Shown piece after piece: positions 1 to 9,800 of a stretch of DNA of 64,000 nt. Both the position numbers and the translations under genes were made by a program. Every line of letters starts with the position of its first letter. Position 1 is the first letter of the stretch. The notes under the pieces were generated by a model. It was not told the origin of the DNA. It made no database searches and saw only the letters and a list, made by a program, of their open reading frames with translations. This DNA comes from a virus (Duplodnaviria > Caudoviricetes): positions 11,335-75,334 of the IMG/VR virus record IMGVR_UViG_3300047160_007353; one strand, given 5' to 3'.

Positions 1-1
1 G

Positions 2-1534
2 GACAAGATCCCCGCCGGAACCGGCGCCAAGCTGGCCGGATATGCTGGAACCGCAGGGCAATGGGCAAAGACAGGCCTCGGGGCTGTTGGTCGCACCGTG
101 GCCGGTCCAGTAAATCTTGGAGCGGCCGCCCTGAACCTTGGAACCAGCGTCCTTACGCACGGCGCCGACGAGCGAGCAGGGTGGCACGGCGGCTCCAACT
201 ACCTTAGCCAAGCTGTCCACGGCATTCCCGCCGTTGGTCCTGCTGCCGGCATGGCATGGGATGCCGTGCCCGGGAACATCATGAGAGGCATGGAGAACGT
301 AGCTGGCGTAGGCGGACAGGTAAAGAGGGGATTCAATACACTAACAGAGCCCGGCATGGGACTGTCAGATGCTCTTCACAGCGCCCTGACCATCCAGACC
401 CAACCGCAGGCTCAGCCTCAATCCGGCGGACAGAGCTGGGTTCCCAACCCGAGCCATCCAGCCGGCGGCCGTTACGAGCCGATAGGCAGCACACCTCACC
501 CCGACGTCGCGCAGTCCACCGGCCAGTCGGTCAGGGGCAGCATGCCCGGACCCGCCCCTGTTCCTCCCCCAAATCCCGGCGGAGTCGTCCCCTTTACCCA
601 GAGCCCCGGCGGCCCTCGGCCCGAGATGGCTCGCGAAGTGGCTGCCTTCCAGCAGGCCAGTCCCAAGAACGGTGACGCAACCTCCGTCCTGAATCCGCAG
701 ACCGGTGCAAACACCAACCCTAACCCCGGGTTGGACTCGCACTACCAGAGTATGGAGCAGCAGATATTGGCGCGCCTACAGGCATCGAACCCGGCTGTTG
801 AAAGCACGCCTGGGAGTCAGCTCGGAATAAGGCGGGCTGACCCGGCGTTCGCGAAACTCCACGCCGGAACTCCAGTCGAGGATTTTCTGTACGGCGACCC
901 CAATTACCAACAGCATCTCAAGAGAGCTCTCGGGGACGCATCGGGGATAAAGTATTCCGAACCCGAGATGGAGAGCATGTACGACAAGATCAGGCAGTGG
1001 GGTGGCCATCAGCAAGCATTTCGTCAGCTTTCGGCGCCCGCTGCTTCAAACGAATCGCGCACGAATGCTTACCATGCGGCTTCTCAGAGGGAAAATTCGC
1101 TTCTGTCGGCTCTTGTGGGCTTGCGTGATGCTCACGCCCACGAGGTGCAGGCCCAGAACACCGGCCACAACCCAATGGCCGGCATGACGCAGGAGCAGAG
1201 AGAGCGTTTCGGAGAGGTCCAGACTGGACAGCCTCCAGGCTCCATCACAGCCTTGAGGGCCAATCCCTGGCTGGCACAGTACCCACAGTTCCAGGCATGG
1301 CAGGGAAGGCCAGACCGTAGCGTTGACGAGATCCGCCAGATAGTCGAAGGGATTTATGGCCGGGTTCCCGAGGATCAACTCAGGGATTACGTCAGGTCCC
1401 GGCTTCTCGAAATGCCCCCGGGCGCGGTGAACAGCAGCGCCAATCCCGGATGGTTCGGATGGGGTTCCGAGGGCGCCAACACCAACAGACGATTCATTAA
1501 CTGGGCCGATCCCGGCCACAACTTCGGAGGCTGA
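2..1534 (+). CDS. 5'-truncated putative internal virion (ejection) protein
   Basis: The frame of ORF 98..1534 is open back to nt 2. G/Q/P/A-rich, and it heads a run of large co-oriented virion-type genes. Confidence 0.5.
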   Translation, partial: DKIPAGTGAKLAGYAGTAGQWAKTGLGAVGRTVAGPVNLGAAALNLGTSVLTHGADERAGWHGGSNYLSQAVHGIPAVGPAAGMAWDAVPGNIMRGMENVAGVGGQVKRGFNTLTEPGMGLSDALHSALTIQTQPQAQPQSGGQSWVPNPSHPAGGRYEPIGSTPHPDVAQSTGQSVRGSMPGPAPVPPPNPGGVVPFTQSPGGPRPEMAREVAAFQQASPKNGDATSVLNPQTGANTNPNPGLDSHYQSMEQQILARLQASNPAVESTPGSQLGIRRADPAFAKLHAGTPVEDFLYGDPNYQQHLKRALGDASGIKYSEPEMESMYDKIRQWGGHQQAFRQLSAPAASNESRTNAYHAASQRENSLLSALVGLRDAHAHEVQAQNTGHNPMAGMTQEQRERFGEVQTGQPPGSITALRANPWLAQYPQFQAWQGRPDRSVDEIRQIVEGIYGRVPEDQLRDYVRSRLLEMPPGAVNSSANPGWFGWGSEGANTNRRFINWADPGHNFGG

Positions 1535-1537
1535 TCC

Positions 1538-2230
1538 GTGGAAGTGAACATCAAGGAAAGCAAAGAGAAGAAGCCTGGCGCCAAGAAGAAGGCTCCGGGT
1601 CACGGCCAGGACCCCGGTGGTGCGGGCGGCAACCCCAAGGGCGGCGAGGGCCACCCGAACGCACAGGGTCCGATGCAGCACTTGGGAGGCGCGCCTCCAC
1701 ATCCTGCCGACCAGGGCCACAAGCCCGGCCAAGGAATCCCCAATCAGTCGGCCATGCACAACGGGATGGGGGACTTCTCCCACATGGGACCTCCTCCGAT
1801 GGCCCCCCAGATGATGCAGCCGCTTCCTCCGCCCGAGGCCCCGATCGGTCCTGGCGGCCTTCCGATCGGCGGCAACCTGCCGAGTTCCGACCCCATGATG
1901 GACCCCTCAATGAGCGGTTCGTCGCTGTTCCGGCGCCTCAACATGCAGTTAGACCCGTATTCCTCGCCGGTCACCGGCCATGGAATGCTGGGTCAAGCCG
2001 GCGGAATGCCGGGCATGCCAGGGATGCCGGCTCAGACGGGCATGCCGGGTCCTGGTGAAGAGGGCGCAGAGCTGATGCAGCTCCTAGCCCTGCTGGGGAT
2101 CGGCCAGTCCGCAATGGCCATGAACTCCCCCGGCATGAACATGAACCATCTGAATCCCAGTGGCGTGTTCAACGAGCCGACGCATCCCGGAGAGACCAGG
2201 GGCTTGAACAACTTTAACGTCATCCAGTAA
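1538..2230 (+). CDS. hypothetical low-complexity P/G/M/Q-rich protein
   Basis: 230-aa ORF packed directly after the previous stop codon. Confidence 0.55.
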   Translation: MEVNIKESKEKKPGAKKKAPGHGQDPGGAGGNPKGGEGHPNAQGPMQHLGGAPPHPADQGHKPGQGIPNQSAMHNGMGDFSHMGPPPMAPQMMQPLPPPEAPIGPGGLPIGGNLPSSDPMMDPSMSGSSLFRRLNMQLDPYSSPVTGHGMLGQAGGMPGMPGMPAQTGMPGPGEEGAELMQLLALLGIGQSAMAMNSPGMNMNHLNPSGVFNEPTHPGETRGLNNFNVIQ

Positions 2231-2252
2231 GTGCAAGCATCCACTTTGCGCG

Positions 2253-2275
2253 TGAGACCTCGATTTGAGGTTTCA
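2253..2275. repeat. 23-bp dispersed palindrome, copy 1
   Basis: TGAGACCTC GATTT GAGGTTTCA, intergenic, just upstream of the AGGAGG ribosome binding site. Confidence 0.85.
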
Positions 2276-2297
2276 GCGATTTCAGGAGGGGATCGCC

Positions 2298-5200
2298 GTG
2301 GGATTGGGCGCCGCGCTCGAATATATCGGCGGTTCCCTGGACAAGCCGGGCCGCGCAGTCAGGGGGTTCCTTGGCGGCAAACCTCAGGAACTCCTGGCTG
2401 CTGTCCCGTTCTCGGACACACTCGGCTTGACCAACCCCAGCGACCGCGTCTCCGGTCGTGACCTGACGAACAAGTGGGGCCTGACCAGTCCAAGCGACAG
2501 GAGCTGGAACTCCTCGATCGCCGGGTTCGGCGCCGACATCGCAACCGACCCACTGAACCTGATCCCTGGCCACGCTCTGTATAAGGCTGGCAAATCAGCA
2601 TGGGGACTCGGCAAGTTTAATAAGGCTCAGCAAGCAGCCACCCACACAGACGAGCTTTATAGGGCGCTTGTGCCTTCTCTGAGCAGAGGGCCGTCGTCCC
2701 CGTCGCTCAGGACGGACTACCTCGACGCGCTACGCGACCCCAGCACCCAGCTTGGAAGACTGAAGACCCTAGCCGACTCGGCTGGCGTCAAGGTGTTCCC
2801 AAGGGCAGGCATCGATCCTGCCGGCGACCGCAACCTGATGAAACACCTGAACAGGACGTGGCCGGGTGTCGGTGATTCCGAACTCTACCCAAAGAGCCTG
2901 ACAGGCAAGGACATCCTCTCCAGCGACGAGGCTTTTCTTCAAGCTGCAAGGATCAACAACAACGCCGCCAGAGCCAAAGCTCATTACGACTCGAACACAC
3001 AGTGGATATATCCTCAGACTGTTGACGTCCGCGATTGGTGGTTCAATCCAGGCAAACCGGAAACATGGAAGATGTCTAGCGATTGGCTAGACGCGGAGCA
3101 AGCAGCGGCGGTAGCAAAACACAATAGATCGATTGGCTACAACCCGTTCGACTACGGAGACAGGACGGCAGTCCACGAGATCGGCCACGCCCTGCATCAC
3201 AAGAGATATGCCGACCAGGGCTATGGACCTGATCAATGGTTTAACATGCACGAAGATAATCCGGATTGGCTAAGGGCCTGGAGAGGAGAGATGGTCCCGA
3301 GCCAGGAGCCAGGAAGGCGGGTCTGGCAGCCGGGGATCGGCCCAAACGGCGGTCTGGCGTCCCAGGAAATATCCGAGCGTGCAGGAGCGGACCCTCACGA
3401 GTTCGTGGCTGAATCCTTCGCCAAGATGCACGGGGATCTAGCCAGCGGATTACAGGTCAGCCCTGAAGCCACAATGCCCAAGAGGCTATGGCAGGCATAC
3501 AACGACGTCTACCAAGGCCCTCCACTTCACAAGGGTCTCCTCGAAACTCTCCGTCGTCTCCAGGGTGGCAAGACCGCATCACTGAGAACTGATTACCTGG
3601 AGAGCCTTGGCAACCCCTCGACCCCGCTTGGCAGGCTTCAAGAGCTTGCCAAATCGACCAGCCGGGGCATTTCTGTGTTTCCTTATCGCTCCGGCTTCAC
3701 CCGTTCATCCGTTCGTCCGCCTTACGACCTTCGGAGAGTTCTCAAGAGCGACAAAGCGTTTGAAGAAAGCATGAGGCAGGAATTCGGGGTCAGGCACCCA
3801 GGCGCCTATGCGCTGTACGACGCAGACATCAAGCAAATCGCGCCGAACTTTCATGACCCGTACGCCGTGAACCTGTGGATGAAGCCAGAATTGATGGCCG
3901 AAGAAATGAAAAGAATGGGGCCTGGCAGAGGATCGTGGTTATCCACCTCTGACCCCAATCACCTTGCTGTTCACGAGATTGGTCACGGATTGCACCATAA
4001 AGTCCTTGATGATATGGGTATCTCGTTGCCCGGCAATAGATGGGCTTACGGCAAGATCGGACGAGAGCTTGGTGTTGATAGCAAGGGTTATTATAAGGCC
4101 GATCCCAGGTTGGTTGGACCAATGACTTACAAAGTCTCTGGCTACGCAGCCGATCATCCTTGGGAGTTTGTTCCTGAAGCTTACGCCAAGATGATTCATG
4201 ACATGGCCCGGGGGGCTACTCGCGATTTTAGCGAGTCTCTTTCTCCGGAACTGAACGACATCTATCGATCGCTCGGAGGTCCAAACCCCGAACAGAGCGG
4301 AGGTCTAATCGACACCCTCCGTCGTCTCCAGGGCGGCAAGACGTCTTCGCTCAGGACGGACTATTTTGACGCGCTCAATAACCCCAAATCGGTCTTGGCG
4401 AACGCCAAGAGAATGGCTGATACTGCTGGCGTCCATTGGTTCCCTTACTCGGGCGAGCATGGCGGCGGCATGATTCCCAAGAGTTTGAGCGACCAGGGCT
4501 TTAATGACCTTCTTCAGATGCCGCCCAAGTGGCATGCGGCATACTACCCAGAGTATCGATCGATACTCCCTAATGCCTACAATCAACCAGAACGATGGTT
4601 TTCCAACTACTCGACCAATCCCCTTTACCACGGCGGCGGCTCCCTGCATCCCCTCGCTGACTCCCAGACTCCCATTCACGAGATCGGCCACGCTCTGCAT
4701 CACCTCAGCGCCGGCAATCAGTTCCCAGAGCCCAGCCTTCTCGACCGACTTGGATTTCCCGAAGAAGATCGAGCCGGCTTGACCTCGGGCTTTGGTCACT
4801 GGTGGGCCAAGGATCTCGGGATAGGCAACGAGATCGACAGAACCATCAGGGGCTACGCGAGCACGAACCCTCACGAATTCGTCGCCGACTCTTACTCCAA
4901 GATGGCCATGGATCTGGCCACAAGGAAAGCGGCTGCCCAGTCCGAAGCCCTATCTCCTGAGCTGAACTACTTCTACAACAGGTTGCTGGGTCCGAGGGTC
5001 ACGCCCGAGGTGGTGAATGAAATCAGAAGGCAAACAGGTCTTGGCGCGCCTACTGCTATGGAAAGGTATCGCGATACTCTCAGAAACCCAGAGGCTTGGG
5101 CTCCGCATTTCGAGGCGGAGTTTCCCACCGCCTCCCCAAAGACATATTTCCCGGCTCCGCAGGGCGGCTTCCTCGGATCAAAGGGAGAGCCTTATGATTG

Positions 5201-5945
5201 GGGGAAAGCCGCAGAAGACCTCAATTCGGGAGACTGGCACAACTGGCTGAATGATATTGCCGACGAAGACCTGAAGACGGCTTCCCTCGGACCAGGATCC
5301 GCCGCTTCTACCCGGCAAGTCCCATCGACCGGCGCCGTCCCCGGCGGTCCTGGTCTATCGACAAACCTCCGTCCCTTGAGGGATCTGATCCCGGTTGCCA
5401 AGGAAGGTCACGGCGGCCTTCCGACGCGCGTTGTTGGCGGCCACTACGGACAGGACCGACCGGGCGCCATGTCTAATCTGCTCGGCATGGACCCCCTGAA
5501 CATGGGTGCCTCGAAGCCACCATGGAGCGAGTTCGCTGGAGCTGGGACGGCAGCCGTAAGAGATCCTGGAGCGGCGAGAGAAGAGATCCTTCACTCCATG
5601 ATCAGCAGAGCTGCCCACGAGAACGACCTCAGCAGCCTTCCGATGCTTGGCAAGCCGGCAGCCAGGCTGTACCAGTCGGCGTTACAGAACGACTCCCGGT
5701 CTCAATACGGTCTCGCCATGGTCCTCGATGAGCTGGCCGCCAAGACCATGTCCGGACGTGGCGCAGCACAGAAGCTCGGCAACGCCGCGAACTTCCTGCT
5801 GAATCCATCCCAGCACGTAGCGTACCACGGCCAGTTCGCCCCGTTCGGCGCCCTCCCGAACGTGGCCTACCATGGAGTGCCGGTCGCAGCATACGGGCTG
5901 CTTCCGGGCCTTGCAGCTTCGTACCGATTGGGACAACAACAATGA
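2298..5945 (+). CDS. large putative virion/ejected polyvalent protein with three tandem zincin (HExxH) metallopeptidase modules
   Basis: VHEIGHALHH, VHEIGHGLHH and IHEIGHALHH, each followed by an (H/W)EFV(A/P)(E/D)xxxKM motif. GTG start follows AGGAGG. Confidence 0.7.
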   Translation: MGLGAALEYIGGSLDKPGRAVRGFLGGKPQELLAAVPFSDTLGLTNPSDRVSGRDLTNKWGLTSPSDRSWNSSIAGFGADIATDPLNLIPGHALYKAGKSAWGLGKFNKAQQAATHTDELYRALVPSLSRGPSSPSLRTDYLDALRDPSTQLGRLKTLADSAGVKVFPRAGIDPAGDRNLMKHLNRTWPGVGDSELYPKSLTGKDILSSDEAFLQAARINNNAARAKAHYDSNTQWIYPQTVDVRDWWFNPGKPETWKMSSDWLDAEQAAAVAKHNRSIGYNPFDYGDRTAVHEIGHALHHKRYADQGYGPDQWFNMHEDNPDWLRAWRGEMVPSQEPGRRVWQPGIGPNGGLASQEISERAGADPHEFVAESFAKMHGDLASGLQVSPEATMPKRLWQAYNDVYQGPPLHKGLLETLRRLQGGKTASLRTDYLESLGNPSTPLGRLQELAKSTSRGISVFPYRSGFTRSSVRPPYDLRRVLKSDKAFEESMRQEFGVRHPGAYALYDADIKQIAPNFHDPYAVNLWMKPELMAEEMKRMGPGRGSWLSTSDPNHLAVHEIGHGLHHKVLDDMGISLPGNRWAYGKIGRELGVDSKGYYKADPRLVGPMTYKVSGYAADHPWEFVPEAYAKMIHDMARGATRDFSESLSPELNDIYRSLGGPNPEQSGGLIDTLRRLQGGKTSSLRTDYFDALNNPKSVLANAKRMADTAGVHWFPYSGEHGGGMIPKSLSDQGFNDLLQMPPKWHAAYYPEYRSILPNAYNQPERWFSNYSTNPLYHGGGSLHPLADSQTPIHEIGHALHHLSAGNQFPEPSLLDRLGFPEEDRAGLTSGFGHWWAKDLGIGNEIDRTIRGYASTNPHEFVADSYSKMAMDLATRKAAAQSEALSPELNYFYNRLLGPRVTPEVVNEIRRQTGLGAPTAMERYRDTLRNPEAWAPHFEAEFPTASPKTYFPAPQGGFLGSKGEPYDWGKAAEDLNSGDWHNWLNDIADEDLKTASLGPGSAASTRQVPSTGAVPGGPGLSTNLRPLRDLIPVAKEGHGGLPTRVVGGHYGQDRPGAMSNLLGMDPLNMGASKPPWSEFAGAGTAAVRDPGAAREEILHSMISRAAHENDLSSLPMLGKPAARLYQSALQNDSRSQYGLAMVLDELAAKTMSGRGAAQKLGNAANFLLNPSQHVAYHGQFAPFGALPNVAYHGVPVAAYGLLPGLAASYRLGQQQ

Positions 5946-6052
5946 CGCAGTACGTTCTGCCTCTCGTTGCGATCCTGGTCTACTACGTCTCGGCCTACCG
6001 CCTCCTTCATGGTTGGCTCTGGCGAAACCACCATCTTCAGAGGATCTCGTGA
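5942..6052 (+). CDS. small hydrophobic peptide (36 aa), not in ORF track
   Basis: MTQYVLPLVAILVYYVSAYRLLHGWLW...; ATGA overlap with the upstream stop and GTGA overlap with the downstream start. Confidence 0.5.
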   Translation: MTQYVLPLVAILVYYVSAYRLLHGWLWRNHHLQRIS

Positions 6053-6816
6053 AAGTCGAAAACGAACAGACCAAGTTCGAGAGCGGCGCCGTCCGGTCCA
6101 GTTGCGCGGCGAACTTCCGCTACGACCTCATCAGCCCCATCGGTCTTGAGGCTGTTGCGGCCGCCTGCAGGGAGGGTGCCGAGAAGTACGGAGACTGCAA
6201 CTGGGAGAAGGGCATGCCGATCAGCGACCTTCTCAACCACGCCGTCCGCCACATCTACATGTACCTCGCCGGTTACCGCGAAGAGGACCACCTCGGGCAT
6301 GCAGCATGGGGCCTCATGGCTGCCATACACAGCTCGGTCATGTGGCCCGAACTCAACCGCGACTTCTTCGCCCGTCCTGGCTGTGTCAAAAACCACGTCG
6401 AACTCGTTCCAACGCCGGCCAGCTCCTCGGAGTTCGAGTGTCCCTACGAATGCGACAACCCAACCTTCTGTCCCGACCTGGATCTTTGCGTTCTGGACAC
6501 TCTCCACGAGGCAATGGACAGGTGGGCCGTCGAGAACTGCGACCTCCTCGGCGACCTGGAGGTAGCCTTGAGTATCGAGGTGGATGATCTGGACCGGGCT
6601 CTCTATGTCAAGCTGATCGACTCGACGGCGAAGTACATGGGCAAAAGCGCCAGCTATAAAGCTTTGCCAGCCGAGGTCAAGATGCACGTCGGTTCTGACA
6701 CCGTCGATGAGCTGGCCGATTACATCGGCACAACCCTGATCACCGACCTCCAGGCTTGCATCCGCTTCGAGGGCATTTGTGCCCACCGGCAAACCCTGGA
6801 TTTCCCGAGAGTCTAA
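6049..6816 (+). CDS. dATP/dGTP diphosphohydrolase-like (DUF5664-type) domain protein
   Basis: KFESGAVRS...RYDLISP...GAEKYGDCNWEKG...AVRH...EDHLGHAAW pattern; GTG start after GAGGA. Confidence 0.7.
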   Translation: MKVENEQTKFESGAVRSSCAANFRYDLISPIGLEAVAAACREGAEKYGDCNWEKGMPISDLLNHAVRHIYMYLAGYREEDHLGHAAWGLMAAIHSSVMWPELNRDFFARPGCVKNHVELVPTPASSSEFECPYECDNPTFCPDLDLCVLDTLHEAMDRWAVENCDLLGDLEVALSIEVDDLDRALYVKLIDSTAKYMGKSASYKALPAEVKMHVGSDTVDELADYIGTTLITDLQACIRFEGICAHRQTLDFPRV

Positions 6817-6819
6817 GCC

Positions 6820-9800
6820 ATGCCTCCCGGCCTCGATTTGGACTTTGGCATCGGAAACTTCTCGCCGTCCCTCGGCATGCCCCAGAGGCAGTACGGATAC
6901 AACCTGCCGCAGGAGCCCGGCGAGAGGGAGTCCTTTGGCCAGGGCTTGATCGAGCGCAGCAAGGGGGCTCTCGGCTCCATCCTGCATGCCCTGGACTGGC
7001 CAGGATCCAAGGTCAGGGGCATACTCGGCGGCAAGCCAGGAGAGTCCCTGACCGGTCGTCAGCTATTGAATCAATACGGAGTCACCAACCCTGGCGACAG
7101 GGGGTGGGGCTCCTGGGGCGCCGGCCTCGCGGCCGACATCGCTACCGACCCGCTCATGTACGCCACCTTCGGCGCCAAGCACGCTCTTACCGGTGGAGGT
7201 AGAGCGCTCGAAAAGCTCGGCACGTTCCGAGGGTGGAACCGCAAAGCCATGCTGGAGGGTTTTCATGGTGTTGAGTCTGATCTGTCTGCTACTCGTAGCC
7301 CTGAGTACATTCGCCATCTCCGCGATGCTGGCCAACGCATTGCAACCCCCGGACAGGAGGCTGCCTACCAGGCTGCTACTGGGAAGGCTCTTCGTCCAAA
7401 CACTCCGATGTCTGGCCTGGCCCGCTTCTCTGTACCTTTCCAGCCTGAGCTTGGCTTTACGGTTGGTTCCGGAAGACTTGCTCGTAGAATTGCAGGAGGA
7501 CTCGACCGGGCGGGAGATTTCCTCAGCGTTGGGAATCCCGTATCACGAATGCTCGGAGCCGGTTTCGATTGGCGAAGACGATCTGCGGTAGACGAGATCA
7601 GCCAGAGGGCCGCGATGGCGACGACTCCTTACCGCAAGGCACAGGAGTCGGTCGCTCGCACCAGCGAGTACCGAACCCTCGATCCGATCAACAAACTCCT
7701 TCAGAAGTACCCCAAGAACGAGCACAACATTCAGCGTGCGGTCCAGATCAACGTCGAGAACACCTCGCCTCTTGCCCTCCTGTCCAGAGCCAAGAACCCG
7801 GCACAGAGGCGAGGGCTTGAGCGCCTCCTCAAGGAAACCCAACCCATAGGAGAAGAGATCCGGCTGAAGGAATCCGAGCAGCTAGCCGAGGCTCACGCCA
7901 AGGGGTTGAATCTCCAGAACTCGAACGATCCGTACGCTGAGTACGGGCCTCGGCAATCGACCGAGGCTTTGCTTGCAGCCAGAGAAGGAAGGGGCGGTCT
8001 TCAGCTACAAGAGAGGGGAGTTCTCTTCCCGGGAGGTTCCGGTGCGAACATGCATCGCAAGGACCCCTTGCGTGGTATACCAGGTGGCACAGACCGGATC
8101 AACGATTGGGTCAACAGGTTCGCAGGAGACAAACGAACCAGGAACGCCGTATTCTCTGATATGCTCGATGATTATATGCATATGCGCGGCGGTTCTGTTC
8201 CGACTTCTGATGAGACTCTGGCCCTCTTCAACAAGTCCGGAGAAGTGGAAACATTCCTTAAGGGACTTGCACCGAAGACCTACCTCGGTAAGATCAAGCA
8301 GCATCCATACTTCTCTCTGGATACTGCGGCGAATGTGCGGCGATCCGGAGAGCAGCATGCCCGAACCACATCATCCGCCGAGTCGCTATACAAGGGGATC
8401 GGATGGGCAGGACGAAAGGTAACGCCGGCAGAGCTGGCTTCCGGCGAATTCACTGACATCAACTCGGCGCTCAAGCAGCTCGGTCTCAGGACCTACAAGA
8501 CCGGCGACCCCAAGGCGTTCTGGAAGGGCGCCCGCGTCGAAGCCTACCGAGCCCTGGCTCCCAAGGGGGCCGGCGAGGTAGAGCCCCTCATGTCCAGGTA
8601 CAGCAAGAGGCTCAAAGCTAGCGTCCCTTCCAAGGCTCTTGAGAAGGAGCTGTCCACGGCATGGGGAATCCCGACGAAGGAACTGGGCAACCTCAAGAAG
8701 AGGTACGCCAACTGGATCTTGCCAGAGGAGGGGATCAAGCCAGTCCGGATATGGGACTCGCTGACGAACAGCTTCAAGGCCCTGTCGTACCCGATCTGGC
8801 TAGCTTCACACGTCCGAAACGCAACGACGGCGGCGTACCACAATCTGCTTACTGGCGTAAAAGGAAAGGACTATGCCAAGCAGTTCAACCTGATGCGTGG
8901 AAACTTGCCCGAGTCTGTAGCCGCCGGCATCCGAGAAGGCCAGTATGGGCACGGGCGAATATTCGAGGAAGGGGGGCCGCACTTGGAGTTGGCGGGAAGT
9001 TCTTTGCCCCACCCCGTACCCTCGGGTCGCTCGTGGACGAAATATACCCCGGGGACGAACCGCTACGGGCCTGGTCAGAGTGGGCCGACTGGGAGCTTTC
9101 TGGGAGACGTGGGCCATCTCCTCTGGAATGAAGGAGCACTCCAATTCGGGAAGGACGTGAAGAAATTCGCGGGCGACGTGGGGTCGGAGGTCAAGAAGCA
9201 GGGACTCGGCGGGTTCATCAAGAACCTCCCGAGTACCATGGAGAACTGGAAGGGGGCACCGAACCCGTTCGGGATCAGAGGCGTGGGAGGTCGTCAGCAA
9301 GACGTCTTCGGTCCAGTCAAAGTGGGGAGACAGATCAGCACGAACCTTGAGAACTTCTTCCGAGGCGCGCAGTTCGAGGGTCTCAAGCGGCAGGGCTACT
9401 CCTCCGAGATGGCAGTCGAGGTGTTGCGGAAACGCCACTTTGACTACGGGGACCTCGCCCGGTTCGAGAAGAACGTGGCTCGCCGCGCCGTTCCCTTCTA
9501 CACCTTCGCCCGGAAGAACCTACCATTACAATTAGAGACGCTCGCGACGCAGCCGGGCGCCTTCAGTGCCCCGTTCAAGCCGGCAATGGTTGACAGGGAC
9601 AAGCAGGAATACATTCCCGAGTATCTGGACCAGGGCTTCGTGATGCCGCTCGGTCCAGAGCAGGATGGATCGAGGCGATTCCTTTCGAGTCTTGGGCTTC
9701 CTCAGGAGGAAGCCTTCAGGGAGTTCAGCACTTGGAACGGACGACCGGACATCGGCAGCAGCCTGATGCACATGGCGGGCAACCTCAACCCGATCATCAA

